NCBI GenBank assembly: GCA_044376085.1
Contig: JBILLN010000009.1
Span: forward strand, 524 to 64,523
Origin: Bradymonadia bacterium
GTDB lineage: Bacteria > Myxococcota_A > Bradymonadia > UBA7976 > UBA1532
Direction: 5' to 3'
DNA: 64,000 nt
Within the stretch, counting starts at the first letter, position 1, and each line of letters starts with the position of its first letter. Below, piece by piece: positions 1-8,474 of this stretch. The notes under the pieces were generated by a model, which saw only the letters and a list, made by a program, of their open reading frames with translations, had not been told where the DNA came from and did not search any database. A program made the translations under genes and the position numbers.

Positions 1-1350
1 GTGCGCACCCGAACGGCACACGCCCTCGCCGGCCAGGGGCTTGCCGGCGCCGTCTTCTTTGCCGGGCAGTGCCTGATGCAGCCGGACACCTCCCTGCGCC
101 TGTCGAACGCCGTCAACGGCCTGATGGCGGCGGGCCTGGGGCTGGCGCTGGCCCTGCACCTCGACGCCACGCACCGGCGCGACTTCGGCCAACGGGCCCT
201 CATCGCGGAGCAGCAGGCGGCGCTGGCCGCGGGGCTCGAGCGGGTCAAGGCCCTCGCCGCGGCCGCCGAAGAGGCCAGCGCCGCCAAGAGCCGATTCATG
301 GCCAACATGAGCCACGAGGTCCGCACCCCGCTGAACGCCATCCTCGGGCTCGGCCGGTTGCTGGCCGCCGAGATCGAGCTGCCGCGTCACCGTGCGTGGC
401 TGGCCTCGCTGACCGGCGCCGGACGGACGCTCTCCGCCATGCTCGAGCGGGTGCTCGAGGCCTCGCGACTCGAGCAGGGCCCCGTGTCCTTCGAGCCGGA
501 CGAGACCGACGCGGTCCATCTCGTGCGCGAGGTCTGCGGTGCGTTCGAGCCCCACGCGGTCGAGAAGCACCTCACCCTCGACGTCGAGGTCCGGGGCGCC
601 CCGCCGCCTCCGCTGTGGCTGGACGGTCTGCGCCTGCGCCAGGTGCTGTTCAACCTGCTCGGCAACGCCTTCAAGTTCACGGAGCGCGGGGGCGTGACGG
701 TCACCGTGAGCGGCGCCGCTCGCCCGGACCGTACCTGTGACCTCCTCCTCGAGGTCGCGGACACGGGCATCGGCATTCCCGCCGAAGACCAGGCGCGCAT
801 CTTCCTGCCTTTCGTTCAGGTCGAAGGCCGCGGCCGCCCGGCGGCGGGGGGGGTGGGTCTGGGTCTCTCCATCGTCCACGGACTGGTGACGCAGATGGGC
901 GGCACGGTCCGCGTCGAGAGCACGCCGGGTCTGGGGACCCGGTTCCAGGTCGTCGTGCCGGCGCCGCTGGCCCCCGAGCCCGGCAGTCACGGGACGGGCC
1001 GCCCGCGCGATGTGCCGGCCCCGCGCGCGGTCTCCGCCGCCGCGACGCTTCCGCCGCTGCCACCGGCGGGTGGCCACTCGTGGCTGCCCGCGGCGATTCT
1101 GAAGGACTTGCGGGCCGCCCACGAGCAGTGCCGCCGGCGCCAGGAGATCGACGAGATCGCCGCCTTCGCGGACGCCACCGCGGAGGCGGGCCGGGCCCAT
1201 GGCAACCCCGCGTTCGAGGTGTTCGGCCGACGATTGCGGGCGGCGGCGGATGCGTTCGACGTCGGACCGATGTTCGAGCTGATCGAGTCGTTTCCCGCGC
1301 TCCTCGAGGCCGCGACCGACCCCGCCGACCCCGTCGAGAGTCCCCGATGA
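1..1350 (+). CDS. Sensor histidine kinase, probably 5'-truncated by the window edge
   Basis: H-box FMANMSHEVRTPLNAILG, N-box LLGNAFKFTERGG, DTGIGIP and GGVGLGLSIV ATPase motifs. Stop overlaps the next start (ATGA at 1347-1350). Confidence 0.85.
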   Translation: MRTRTAHALAGQGLAGAVFFAGQCLMQPDTSLRLSNAVNGLMAAGLGLALALHLDATHRRDFGQRALIAEQQAALAAGLERVKALAAAAEEASAAKSRFMANMSHEVRTPLNAILGLGRLLAAEIELPRHRAWLASLTGAGRTLSAMLERVLEASRLEQGPVSFEPDETDAVHLVREVCGAFEPHAVEKHLTLDVEVRGAPPPPLWLDGLRLRQVLFNLLGNAFKFTERGGVTVTVSGAARPDRTCDLLLEVADTGIGIPAEDQARIFLPFVQVEGRGRPAAGGVGLGLSIVHGLVTQMGGTVRVESTPGLGTRFQVVVPAPLAPEPGSHGTGRPRDVPAPRAVSAAATLPPLPPAGGHSWLPAAILKDLRAAHEQCRRRQEIDEIAAFADATAEAGRAHGNPAFEVFGRRLRAAADAFDVGPMFELIESFPALLEAATDPADPVESPR

Positions 1351-1892
1351 GTTCACCGACGCTCCCACCCGCCCCGCTCATCCTCGCCGTCGACGACGAG
1401 CCGCGGAATCTCCAGGTCATCGGTCCGCTGCTGAGCCGTCATGGGTTCCGGGTCTCCCTGGCCCTGAACGGGGCCCGCGCGCTCGAACTCGCGCTCGAGA
1501 CCCAACCCGACGTGGTCCTGCTCGACGTCTCGATGCCGGGCATGGACGGCTTCGAGGTCTGCCGGGCCCTCCGTGCCGACCTGCGCACCGCGGGCCTGCC
1601 GGTCATCTTCCTCACCGCCCGGACCGCCCGCGAGGACGTCCTGACCGGCTTCCGCGCCGGGGCCGTCGACTACGTGCCCAAGCCCTTCCACGACGAGGAG
1701 CTGATCGCCCGGGTGACCGTCCACGCCCAGCTCCGGCGCCTCCGCGGACTGCTCGTGGTCTGCGCGCACTGCCAACACATCCGCACCGAGGGCGAGCGCT
1801 GGGAGCGCCTCGACCACTACGTCGCCCGCCGCACGGACGCCCAGTTCAGCCATGGGCTCTGCCCGGACTGCGAGGCGAAGTTCTACCCGTGA
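1347..1892 (+). CDS. Response regulator: receiver domain plus C-terminal CxxC...CxxC tail, no classical output domain
   Basis: ILAVDDEPRN, DVVLLDVSMPGMDG and VDYVPKPF receiver motifs. Tail is VVCAHCQHIRTEGERWERLDHYVARRTDAQFSHGLCPDCEAKFYP. ATGA coupling to the upstream kinase. Confidence 0.9.
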   Translation: MSSPTLPPAPLILAVDDEPRNLQVIGPLLSRHGFRVSLALNGARALELALETQPDVVLLDVSMPGMDGFEVCRALRADLRTAGLPVIFLTARTAREDVLTGFRAGAVDYVPKPFHDEELIARVTVHAQLRRLRGLLVVCAHCQHIRTEGERWERLDHYVARRTDAQFSHGLCPDCEAKFYP

Positions 1893-1917
1893 CCCCCGCG
1901 GTGTATGCTGCGCGCGC

Positions 1918-2535
1918 ATGTTGAAGACCTTCTCCGCGGGTCAGGTCACCGCCGACGTGCTCGCCCACCTCGAGCGCCGGCGACCGGCCATCGTCCACGA
2001 CGACGCGGCCATCCGCTCGGAGGTCCTCGCGGCCCTCGAGCCCGTGCGCCGCGAGTACGCGGACATGGACCTGCCCGCCCGGTACTTCGACGCGCTCGAA
2101 AACGAGCTGCTCGGCGCCATTCCGGCGCGCTGGCGGCAGATCGCCGAGCCCTTCACGGAGGAGGAGCGCCGGGGGTTCGGCGTCTGGCGCGGCGGCGATG
2201 TCTTCGCGCGGCTGCTGTACGTCGGCGTCGGGCTGCTCGCCAGCGTCTTCGCCGCCCGCATTCTGCCGAGCTGGCAGAAGTGGCTGCCCTTCCTGTTCAC
2301 CGTGGGCGCATGGTGGCTCCCCGACCTCCAGGCGGGCTCCCGCCGGCGGCGGTACGCCCACCAGCTCGGTGAGATCGTGGCGCACATGGAGCAGGCCCAG
2401 CGCCAGCTCGAGCGCCAGGTGACGACCGAGGACCTGATCGGCGGCGACATCGATCGCCTGCGCGCCGCGCGCCGGTCCCCGACGGCCTCCGCGGCCGAGG
2501 TGTCCCACCGAGCGCCCGAGCGCGAGAAACCCTGA
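1918..2535 (+). CDS. Hypothetical membrane protein (two predicted TM helices)
   Basis: In-frame ATG at 1918 within ORF 1852..2535. Hydrophobic stretches LLYVGVGLLASVFAARIL and WLPFLFTVGAWWL. No recognised family. Confidence 0.55.
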   Translation: MLKTFSAGQVTADVLAHLERRRPAIVHDDAAIRSEVLAALEPVRREYADMDLPARYFDALENELLGAIPARWRQIAEPFTEEERRGFGVWRGGDVFARLLYVGVGLLASVFAARILPSWQKWLPFLFTVGAWWLPDLQAGSRRRRYAHQLGEIVAHMEQAQRQLERQVTTEDLIGGDIDRLRAARRSPTASAAEVSHRAPEREKP

Positions 2536-2550
2536 CCCTGGAGGTCGTGC

Positions 2551-3633
2551 ATGTCCACCCCCATCACCCCGCGCAGCGCGCCGTCCCTCGGCGGCGTCTT
2601 CCGAGGTCTCTGGGCCGTCGTCCGCTTCATCTTTGCGCGGCGCGTCCTCTGGATTCCCCTCGTCGTGGCGCTGGTCACCTTCGTCGGTTTCGGGGCCTGC
2701 ACCTACTACGTGCCACCCGGACACGTCGGGCTCATGCAGACCATCTACGGTTCCGAGGCCGGCATCCGGCCCGAGCCGCACATCGTCGGCCTGCACTTCG
2801 TCAACCCGCTCAGCGAGCGGATGCACCTCTTCCCGACGGACCTGCAGGTGGTCAACTACAGCGACTCCGCGAGCGAGACGAGCGAGGAGTTCCGCAGCAC
2901 GCCGTCCATCAAGATCCAGACGAGCGACGGGTATCAGGTGCAGCTCGACGTCTCCGTGCTGTACCGCATCAAGGACGCCCACAAGGTCTTCACCGAGGCC
3001 GGCCCCGGGCGGTCGTTCGAGGACCGTCTGGTCATCCCCCGGGCCGACCGCACCCTGCGCAAGACCCTCGGCGAGCTGAACGCCGAGCAGTTCTACCAGG
3101 GCCCGAGTCGCATCGAGAAGTCGCGCCGGGCCCACGAGGAACTCGCGGCCGATCTGGCCGGGTACGGCATCGAGGTCGACGGCGTCCTCGTCCGGAAGTA
3201 CACCTACGACCAGAAGTACCAGGAGATCATCGAGAGCCGGAAGATCAAGGACCAGACGGTCTTCCTGCGGCAGGCCGAGGCCAAGGCCGCGATCGAAGAG
3301 CGCAAACGGGACACGATCATCGCCGAGGGCAAGGCCACGGTGGGGGTCGAGGCTTCCCGCGGTGAGTCCGAGGTACGCAAGCTCGATGCCGACGCGGACC
3401 TCTACAAACGCAAGAAGGACGCCGAGGGCAAGCTGCTCGTCGAGCTCGCCGAGGCGCGCGGCACGCAGCTCGAGAACGACGCCCTCCAGGGCGCGGGCTC
3501 GGAGAACATGGTCGGCCTCAAGATGGCCGAGGTCCTCGATGGCCTGAGGGTGCTCGTCCTGCCCACGGACGGGGAGCGGGGCCTCAACCCGCTCGATCTC
3601 GGGAGCCTGCTCCAGAAGTTCGAGGTGAAGTGA
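2551..3633 (+). CDS. SPFH/band-7 (prohibitin/HflKC-like) membrane protein
   Basis: N-terminal TM (WIPLVVALVTFVGFGACTYY), SPFH-like core (VQLDVSVLYRIKDAHKVFTEAG) and coiled-coil-like C-terminal half. Confidence 0.85.
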   Translation: MSTPITPRSAPSLGGVFRGLWAVVRFIFARRVLWIPLVVALVTFVGFGACTYYVPPGHVGLMQTIYGSEAGIRPEPHIVGLHFVNPLSERMHLFPTDLQVVNYSDSASETSEEFRSTPSIKIQTSDGYQVQLDVSVLYRIKDAHKVFTEAGPGRSFEDRLVIPRADRTLRKTLGELNAEQFYQGPSRIEKSRRAHEELAADLAGYGIEVDGVLVRKYTYDQKYQEIIESRKIKDQTVFLRQAEAKAAIEERKRDTIIAEGKATVGVEASRGESEVRKLDADADLYKRKKDAEGKLLVELAEARGTQLENDALQGAGSENMVGLKMAEVLDGLRVLVLPTDGERGLNPLDLGSLLQKFEVK

Positions 3634-3634
3634 C

Positions 3635-4669
3635 ATGAAGACTCGAGGCTGCCTCGCCGCGCTCCTGCTGACCGGCGCCCTGACCCAGGGCTGCGCCACC
3701 CACTCCACCGGAGAGACCGAGGTGGGCGTGCTCGTCTGCAAGATCGGCCTCGGCTGCGCCCACCAGGGCGTCCAGTCCGTGGTCTACCCGCCCGGTTCGA
3801 CCAATTTCTTCGCCCCGTGGATTCGCGACTTCTACACCTTCGACACCAAGGTCCAGAACCTGCGGATGTCCGCCAAGACCCAGGAGGGCGTATCGGACGG
3901 ACAGAACGATCTGCAGTTCAAGACCACCGACGGCTCCGACGTCAGCATGGACGTGACGGTGGTCTGGGGCATCGACGCGCAGATGGCGCCGATGCTGCTG
4001 GAAACCGTCGGCAAGGACACCGAGGAGGTCAAGGAGAAGCTGGTCCGCCCGATGGCCCGTACCATCGTGCGAGACGTTCTGAATCGACTCGACAGCGAGT
4101 CGATCTACAACGCGGACAAACGCTTCCAGGGGGCGGAAGAAGCGCAGCGACAGCTCGGAGCGGCATTGACTGCCTACGGTATCCTGGTTTCGCAGGTGAT
4201 TCTGCACGAACACCGGTTTCCGACCGAGTACGAGAAGATCATCCACGACCGCAAGCTGGCCGAGCAACGCGCCGAGCAGCTCAAGAGCGAGGCCGAGGCC
4301 GCCCAGCAGGAAGCCCTGCGTGACCTCGAAGCCGCCCGTGGCAAGGTCGCCTCCGACCTCGCCCAGGCCCAGGGCGCCCTGAACCGCACCAAGCTCGAGG
4401 CCGACGCCCGGTACTACCAGAGCCAGCAGGAGGCCGAGGCCATCGTCGCCGAGCGTCAAGCCAAAGCCCAGGCCATCGCCAAGCGCAACGAGGCCCTTCG
4501 CGGCGCCGGCGGCCGGGCGATGGTCAAGCTGCGCATCGCCGAGGCCCTCCACGGCAAGCAGGTGGTGCTCGTCCCGGGCGGCGGGGGCGGGGGCTTGCAG
4601 CGCCTCGACGTCAACAAGCTCCTGGAGTGGTCATTGGCGACTCAGGAAGCCACGCCGGCTGGCCAGTAA
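3635..4669 (+). CDS. SPFH/band-7 domain lipoprotein
   Basis: Signal/lipobox MKTRGCLAALLLTGALTQGC, SPFH-like core (VSMDVTVVWGIDAQMAP) and a long Ala/Glu/Gln coiled-coil segment. Starts 1 nt after the previous stop. Confidence 0.85.
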   Translation: MKTRGCLAALLLTGALTQGCATHSTGETEVGVLVCKIGLGCAHQGVQSVVYPPGSTNFFAPWIRDFYTFDTKVQNLRMSAKTQEGVSDGQNDLQFKTTDGSDVSMDVTVVWGIDAQMAPMLLETVGKDTEEVKEKLVRPMARTIVRDVLNRLDSESIYNADKRFQGAEEAQRQLGAALTAYGILVSQVILHEHRFPTEYEKIIHDRKLAEQRAEQLKSEAEAAQQEALRDLEAARGKVASDLAQAQGALNRTKLEADARYYQSQQEAEAIVAERQAKAQAIAKRNEALRGAGGRAMVKLRIAEALHGKQVVLVPGGGGGGLQRLDVNKLLEWSLATQEATPAGQ

Positions 4670-4792
4670 GTCTTCCGAGCCGCTGCAGCCCCTTCCACAC
4701 ATTCCTCACAAGCTCCGAAATCCCCTCACTCAGATATCAGACGGTCCTCACACGCCGTGATTTTCTCCCGGCGGACGGGTCGTGATCCGCCT

Positions 4793-4808
4793 TGGCACGC
4801 CCCCTGCA
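4793..4808 (+). promoter_or_regulatory. Sigma-54 (-24/-12) promoter candidate
   Basis: TGGCACGccccCTGCA versus consensus TGGCACG-N4-TTGCW. GG (4794-4795) and GC (4806-4807) are exactly 12 nt apart. Lies about 60 nt upstream of the ATG at 4868. Confidence 0.55.
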
Positions 4809-4867
4809 CAAAGGCCCCGCGCACATAGTTTTCCACTCTCACTGGAAACCCACGCCCGGAGGCCCCC

Positions 4868-5005
4868 ATGATCCGCCAGACTCTTCGTGACCGCATCGTC
4901 GCCAACGTCCGCAAGCTCGACACCGACGTCAACGCCCACAAGAAGGCTCCGAAGGGCGAAGCCAAGTCCCAGGCGCCCCGCACGGTGACCCTCTTCGCCG
5001 GCTGA
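4868..5005 (+). CDS. Small ORF, 45 aa (MIRQTLRDRIVANVRKLDTDVNAHKKAPKGEAKSQAPRTVTLFAG); below the ORF-track length cut-off
   Basis: GGAGG at 4858-4862, 5 nt before the ATG. About 40 of 45 codons end in G/C, as in the flanking genes. Sits between the sigma-54 promoter and the next gene. Confidence 0.45.
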   Translation: MIRQTLRDRIVANVRKLDTDVNAHKKAPKGEAKSQAPRTVTLFAG

Positions 5006-5054
5006 ACCGCCGCCCCGGCACGCTCGACATTGACAGCGCCCCGGTGCCGGGCGA

Positions 5055-7016
5055 GTGTCGGCGCCCATGGACGCGGCCGATCTGATCCTCGTCCGGGATG
5101 CGCTGCACGCTTCGACGCGGCGACGCGTCCCGGCACCCGACCTTTGTGCCCGGCTCGAACGACGGCTCGCGCTGCTGTTCCCCGACGCGCTCGACCTCGC
5201 CGATCTGCCGCCGCCGCTCGTCGCCCATCGGGTGGCCCTGTCCCTGGGGCTCTCCCCCGGTGTCGCCGTCCCGCTGACGGAGGCGGCCTGCTACTACTAC
5301 GCGGCGGCTGATCTGGCCGACGACCTCGTCGACGAGCCCGTGCCCGGCCTCGAGGGACAGCTCGCGCTCAACGACGTCTGCGCCCTCCTGTTCCTGTTCC
5401 AGCTCGCCGCGCTGGAGATCCCCCATCCGCACGCCCCCGCGGTGGCCCGGCTCTTCCTCGAGGGCGGCCTGACGATGGCCGCCGGGCAGATGGACGACCT
5501 GCGGTTCACGGATGCCCCGGGGGGGGATCCGGTCTCCATCGCGCGCCGCAAGACGGGCGGCGAACTGGGGGCCCTCCTGGCAGCACCGGCCCTGCTCGCG
5601 GGCCTCGATCCGGCCCCCTTCGCCACCTTCGGCCGGGAAATCGGCGCGCTGGTGCAGGTGTTCACGGACTACCTCGATCTCTTCGCGAAGGAGAACAGCG
5701 ACGACTGGCGGGCCGCCAAACCGACGCTTCCCATCCGCCACGCGCTGGCGCACCCCCGCCTGGGGCCGACGGCCGCACGCCTGCTGGCCGGGGCGAGGCG
5801 CTCGGTCTCGCGCCAGCAGGCCGCGCGCTGGTGTCTGATCGCCGCCGGCACCGCCCGGGCCTGGCGCACCTTCGCCGACGAGCGGCTCCGCGCACTGGAG
5901 GCCGCGGTCCACCAAGCCGACACGCCGGCCGTGCTGCGGGCCCTGCTCGACGAGACCCGAGAGCTGACCTTCGCGGTGGACGACGCCCTCGCCGCCCTCG
6001 GCGAAGCCCCACCCCCCGAGGCGATCGATCCGGACCTGCCCGAGGAGCTCGCGGGGTGCCGCCGGGCGGCCCGGGCCTTCCTGGACGCCGATCCGTTGGC
6101 CGACGAAGCGACGGAGCACCACCGCTGGGGCCTCTTCGGCCGGGCGACGGTCGTCGCGAACCTCTTCGGCCAACTGGTCGTCGCCGAGCACCTGCGCGCC
6201 GCCGGCGAGCCCCCCGAACGGTTCGCCCGCTGCGCCGCCGCCGCCCTCTCGCGCCGCGATCCCGATGGCTGGCGCTACTATCCCGGCCAGCGCGAGATTC
6301 CGCCCGACGCGGACCTCACCGGCCTGGCGCTGCAGGTCCTCACCGCGCAGGTGCCCGGCGACGCGGAGGCCATCGCGTTCAGCCTGGCCGCGCTGCGCCG
6401 CGACCAGCTCGCGGACGGCACCCTCCCCACCTGGCTGACGAACGGCGCGCGCGAGCCCGCGGCGTCGGACGCCGATGCGCAGCCCGGCCCCCTCCCCTGG
6501 ATGGGCGAACGCTGCCCGGCCTCCATGGCCAACGCCGTGCTCGGCTGGCACCGTGCCCGGCCGGCCGACCCCGACCTGCAAAGGGCCGTCGAGCGGCTCG
6601 CCGCGTGGTACGACGCCGACGAGTCCCCCCCGTCGGCCTTCTACGGCCCCGTCGTCGTCGAGGCCCTGGGGCTGCTCTGTCTCTCCGCGTGCGCGCCGGG
6701 TCGATACGCGGCGGTCGAAGCTCGACTCGTCGCGCGCCTGCGGGCCCGACGCCAGCTCTCCGGCGAATTCGGCACCGTGCTGGAGACGGCCTTCGCGGCC
6801 ATCGCGCTCGCGGCCGTCGGGGCCCTCGACGCGCCCGAGGTCGTGCAGCGCGCGCTCGTCGACGCCCAGGGGGCCGACGGCGGATACCCGGCGTGTCCGT
6901 TCTACGTGACCGTGGGCGCCCACCACGAGCCGGGGACGTTCGGCGCCCGCTGCGTCACCACCGCGCTCGTCCTGCGGGCCCTGCGCGCCGCCGAGGGCGG
7001 GGGGGCCGCCGGTTGA
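5055..7016 (+). CDS. Fusion protein: polyprenyl-synthase-like N-domain plus prenyltransferase/squalene-cyclase-repeat-like C-domain
   Basis: N-domain: AADLADDLVD (DDxxD), AAGQMDDL, RRKTGGELGALLAAPALLAG, IGALVQVFTDYLDLF (degenerate second Asp motif). C-domain: repeated DG-aromatic motifs (DPDGWRYY, LADGTLPTW, GADGGYPA) and PPDADLTG where cyclases have DxDDTA. Start could be GTG 5055 or ATG 5067. Confidence 0.7.
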   Translation: MSAPMDAADLILVRDALHASTRRRVPAPDLCARLERRLALLFPDALDLADLPPPLVAHRVALSLGLSPGVAVPLTEAACYYYAAADLADDLVDEPVPGLEGQLALNDVCALLFLFQLAALEIPHPHAPAVARLFLEGGLTMAAGQMDDLRFTDAPGGDPVSIARRKTGGELGALLAAPALLAGLDPAPFATFGREIGALVQVFTDYLDLFAKENSDDWRAAKPTLPIRHALAHPRLGPTAARLLAGARRSVSRQQAARWCLIAAGTARAWRTFADERLRALEAAVHQADTPAVLRALLDETRELTFAVDDALAALGEAPPPEAIDPDLPEELAGCRRAARAFLDADPLADEATEHHRWGLFGRATVVANLFGQLVVAEHLRAAGEPPERFARCAAAALSRRDPDGWRYYPGQREIPPDADLTGLALQVLTAQVPGDAEAIAFSLAALRRDQLADGTLPTWLTNGAREPAASDADAQPGPLPWMGERCPASMANAVLGWHRARPADPDLQRAVERLAAWYDADESPPSAFYGPVVVEALGLLCLSACAPGRYAAVEARLVARLRARRQLSGEFGTVLETAFAAIALAAVGALDAPEVVQRALVDAQGADGGYPACPFYVTVGAHHEPGTFGARCVTTALVLRALRAAEGGGAAG

Positions 7017-8458
7017 ACACCGCGGAGCCGGCCGCCGACCCCGTCCGCGTTTCCCGCACGCGGACCTTTCTGTTCACGCACGCCCTGCTCGCCGGGCTGG
7101 TGGTGGTGGTGGCCGTCATCCAGGACCTCACGCGGGAGGGGGCCGCGCCCGCCCTCGCCCCCTGGATCGGGCCCGCCGTGGGCGCCCTCTCGGGTCTGCT
7201 CGCCTGGGCCGTCTTCGCCCGGCTCGGACCCCGGCCCTGGCTGATTCCCGGCCTGCTGGGGGTCGACAGCGCCGTCCTGACGGTCGCCAACTTTGCACAG
7301 GGCGAGGTCGAGACGCCCTGGAGCGGCATGTGCGTCCTCATGCTGGTCATGCTGCCGCTCTTCACCGGCGGACAACGCGCCGTCTGGGCGCTGGCCGCGT
7401 TCCAGATCGCCTTCTTCGGCGCGGCCATGTACCTCCGGGCGGACGGGGTGATTCCCCCGATCTTCAGCACCACCGATTTCGCCCACGATCCGGCATACGT
7501 CATGGGTTCGGTCCTGATCTTCGCGTTCGTGTGCATCGGTGGGGCCATCCTGGCCGGCCGCACGAGCGTCGACGTGCTGAACAGCCAAGACCAGCTCCGG
7601 CGCGAGATCGATCGCGCCGTGGCCGCCTTGAAGGCCGCGCAGGCGCGCCTGGTGCAGCAGGAGAAGATGCTCGGCCTCGCCAAACTCACCGCCGGCATGG
7701 CGCACGAGATCAACAATCCCCTGACCTTCACGCTGACGAATCTGCGCAGCCTGGAGCGGGACATGGAGGACATCCTGGCGCTTCAGCGCCGCTACGACGA
7801 GGCGCTCGAACACCTCGCCGCGACCGCGCCCGACCTCTACCGGCAGCTCCGGCGGGCCCGGCGCGACCTCCACATCGACGATCCGCAGGCGGTGCTCGGG
7901 GAGCTCGTCCGGGACGCGCAGACGGGCGTCACCCGCGTCCAGACGATCGTCGAGGACCTCAAGACGTTCGCGCGGATGGACGAGGCGCCCTTCAAGGCCA
8001 TCGACGCCGAGACGTTGCGGGCCGGCATCGACTCGACGCTGCGCATGCTGGAGCACGTGCTCGCGGGCCGGGCGCACCTCGTCGTCGAACACGGCGATAC
8101 CGGGACGGTCGACGTGGCCCCGGCACTCCTGAATCAGGTCGTGATGAACCTGGTGCAGAACGCCGCCGAGGCCGTGACGCCGCCCGACGGCCGGGTGCGC
8201 GTCTCGACCCGGCGCGACGGCGACGCGCTGGTGATCGAGGTCGCCGACAATGGTCCGGGGATTCCCGCCGATCTGCGCGAGCGGGTCTTCGACCCGTTCT
8301 TCACCACCAAGACCGTCGGTGAGGGGACGGGCCTGGGGCTCAGCCTCAGCTACCAGATCGTCGATCGCCACGGCGGACGCATCGAGATTGCCACGGCACC
8401 CGAGGGTGGGGCACTGTTGCGAACTGTGCTCCCGGTGGCCGGGAGGTCCCCGTCGTGA
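7013..8458 (+). CDS. Multi-TM sensor histidine kinase
   Basis: TTG 7013 is the only start-like codon upstream of about 6 hydrophobic helices and overlaps the upstream stop (TTGA). H-box [15 protein letters not shown]-box [23 protein letters not shown]. Confidence 0.8.
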   Translation: MNTAEPAADPVRVSRTRTFLFTHALLAGLVVVVAVIQDLTREGAAPALAPWIGPAVGALSGLLAWAVFARLGPRPWLIPGLLGVDSAVLTVANFAQGEVETPWSGMCVLMLVMLPLFTGGQRAVWALAAFQIAFFGAAMYLRADGVIPPIFSTTDFAHDPAYVMGSVLIFAFVCIGGAILAGRTSVDVLNSQDQLRREIDRAVAALKAAQARLVQQEKMLGLAKLTAGMAHEINNPLTFTLTNLRSLERDMEDILALQRRYDEALEHLAATAPDLYRQLRRARRDLHIDDPQAVLGELVRDAQTGVTRVQTIVEDLKTFARMDEAPFKAIDAETLRAGIDSTLRMLEHVLAGRAHLVVEHGDTGTVDVAPALLNQVVMNLVQNAAEAVTPPDGRVRVSTRRDGDALVIEVADNGPGIPADLRERVFDPFFTTKTVGEGTGLGLSLSYQIVDRHGGRIEIATAPEGGALLRTVLPVAGRSPS

Positions 8459-8474
8459 AACGGAGTCCCAGTCC

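Noticed and set aside
5831-7012. N-terminal 394 codons of ORF 5831..8458 (and similarly 30962..32581 of ORF 30962..33274, 8250..8474, 27756..28103 and 1080..1346)
   Set aside because: These extensions overlap better-supported upstream genes in another frame and are Arg/Pro/Gly-rich. The real starts were placed at the first start codon preceding recognisable domains or signal peptides.
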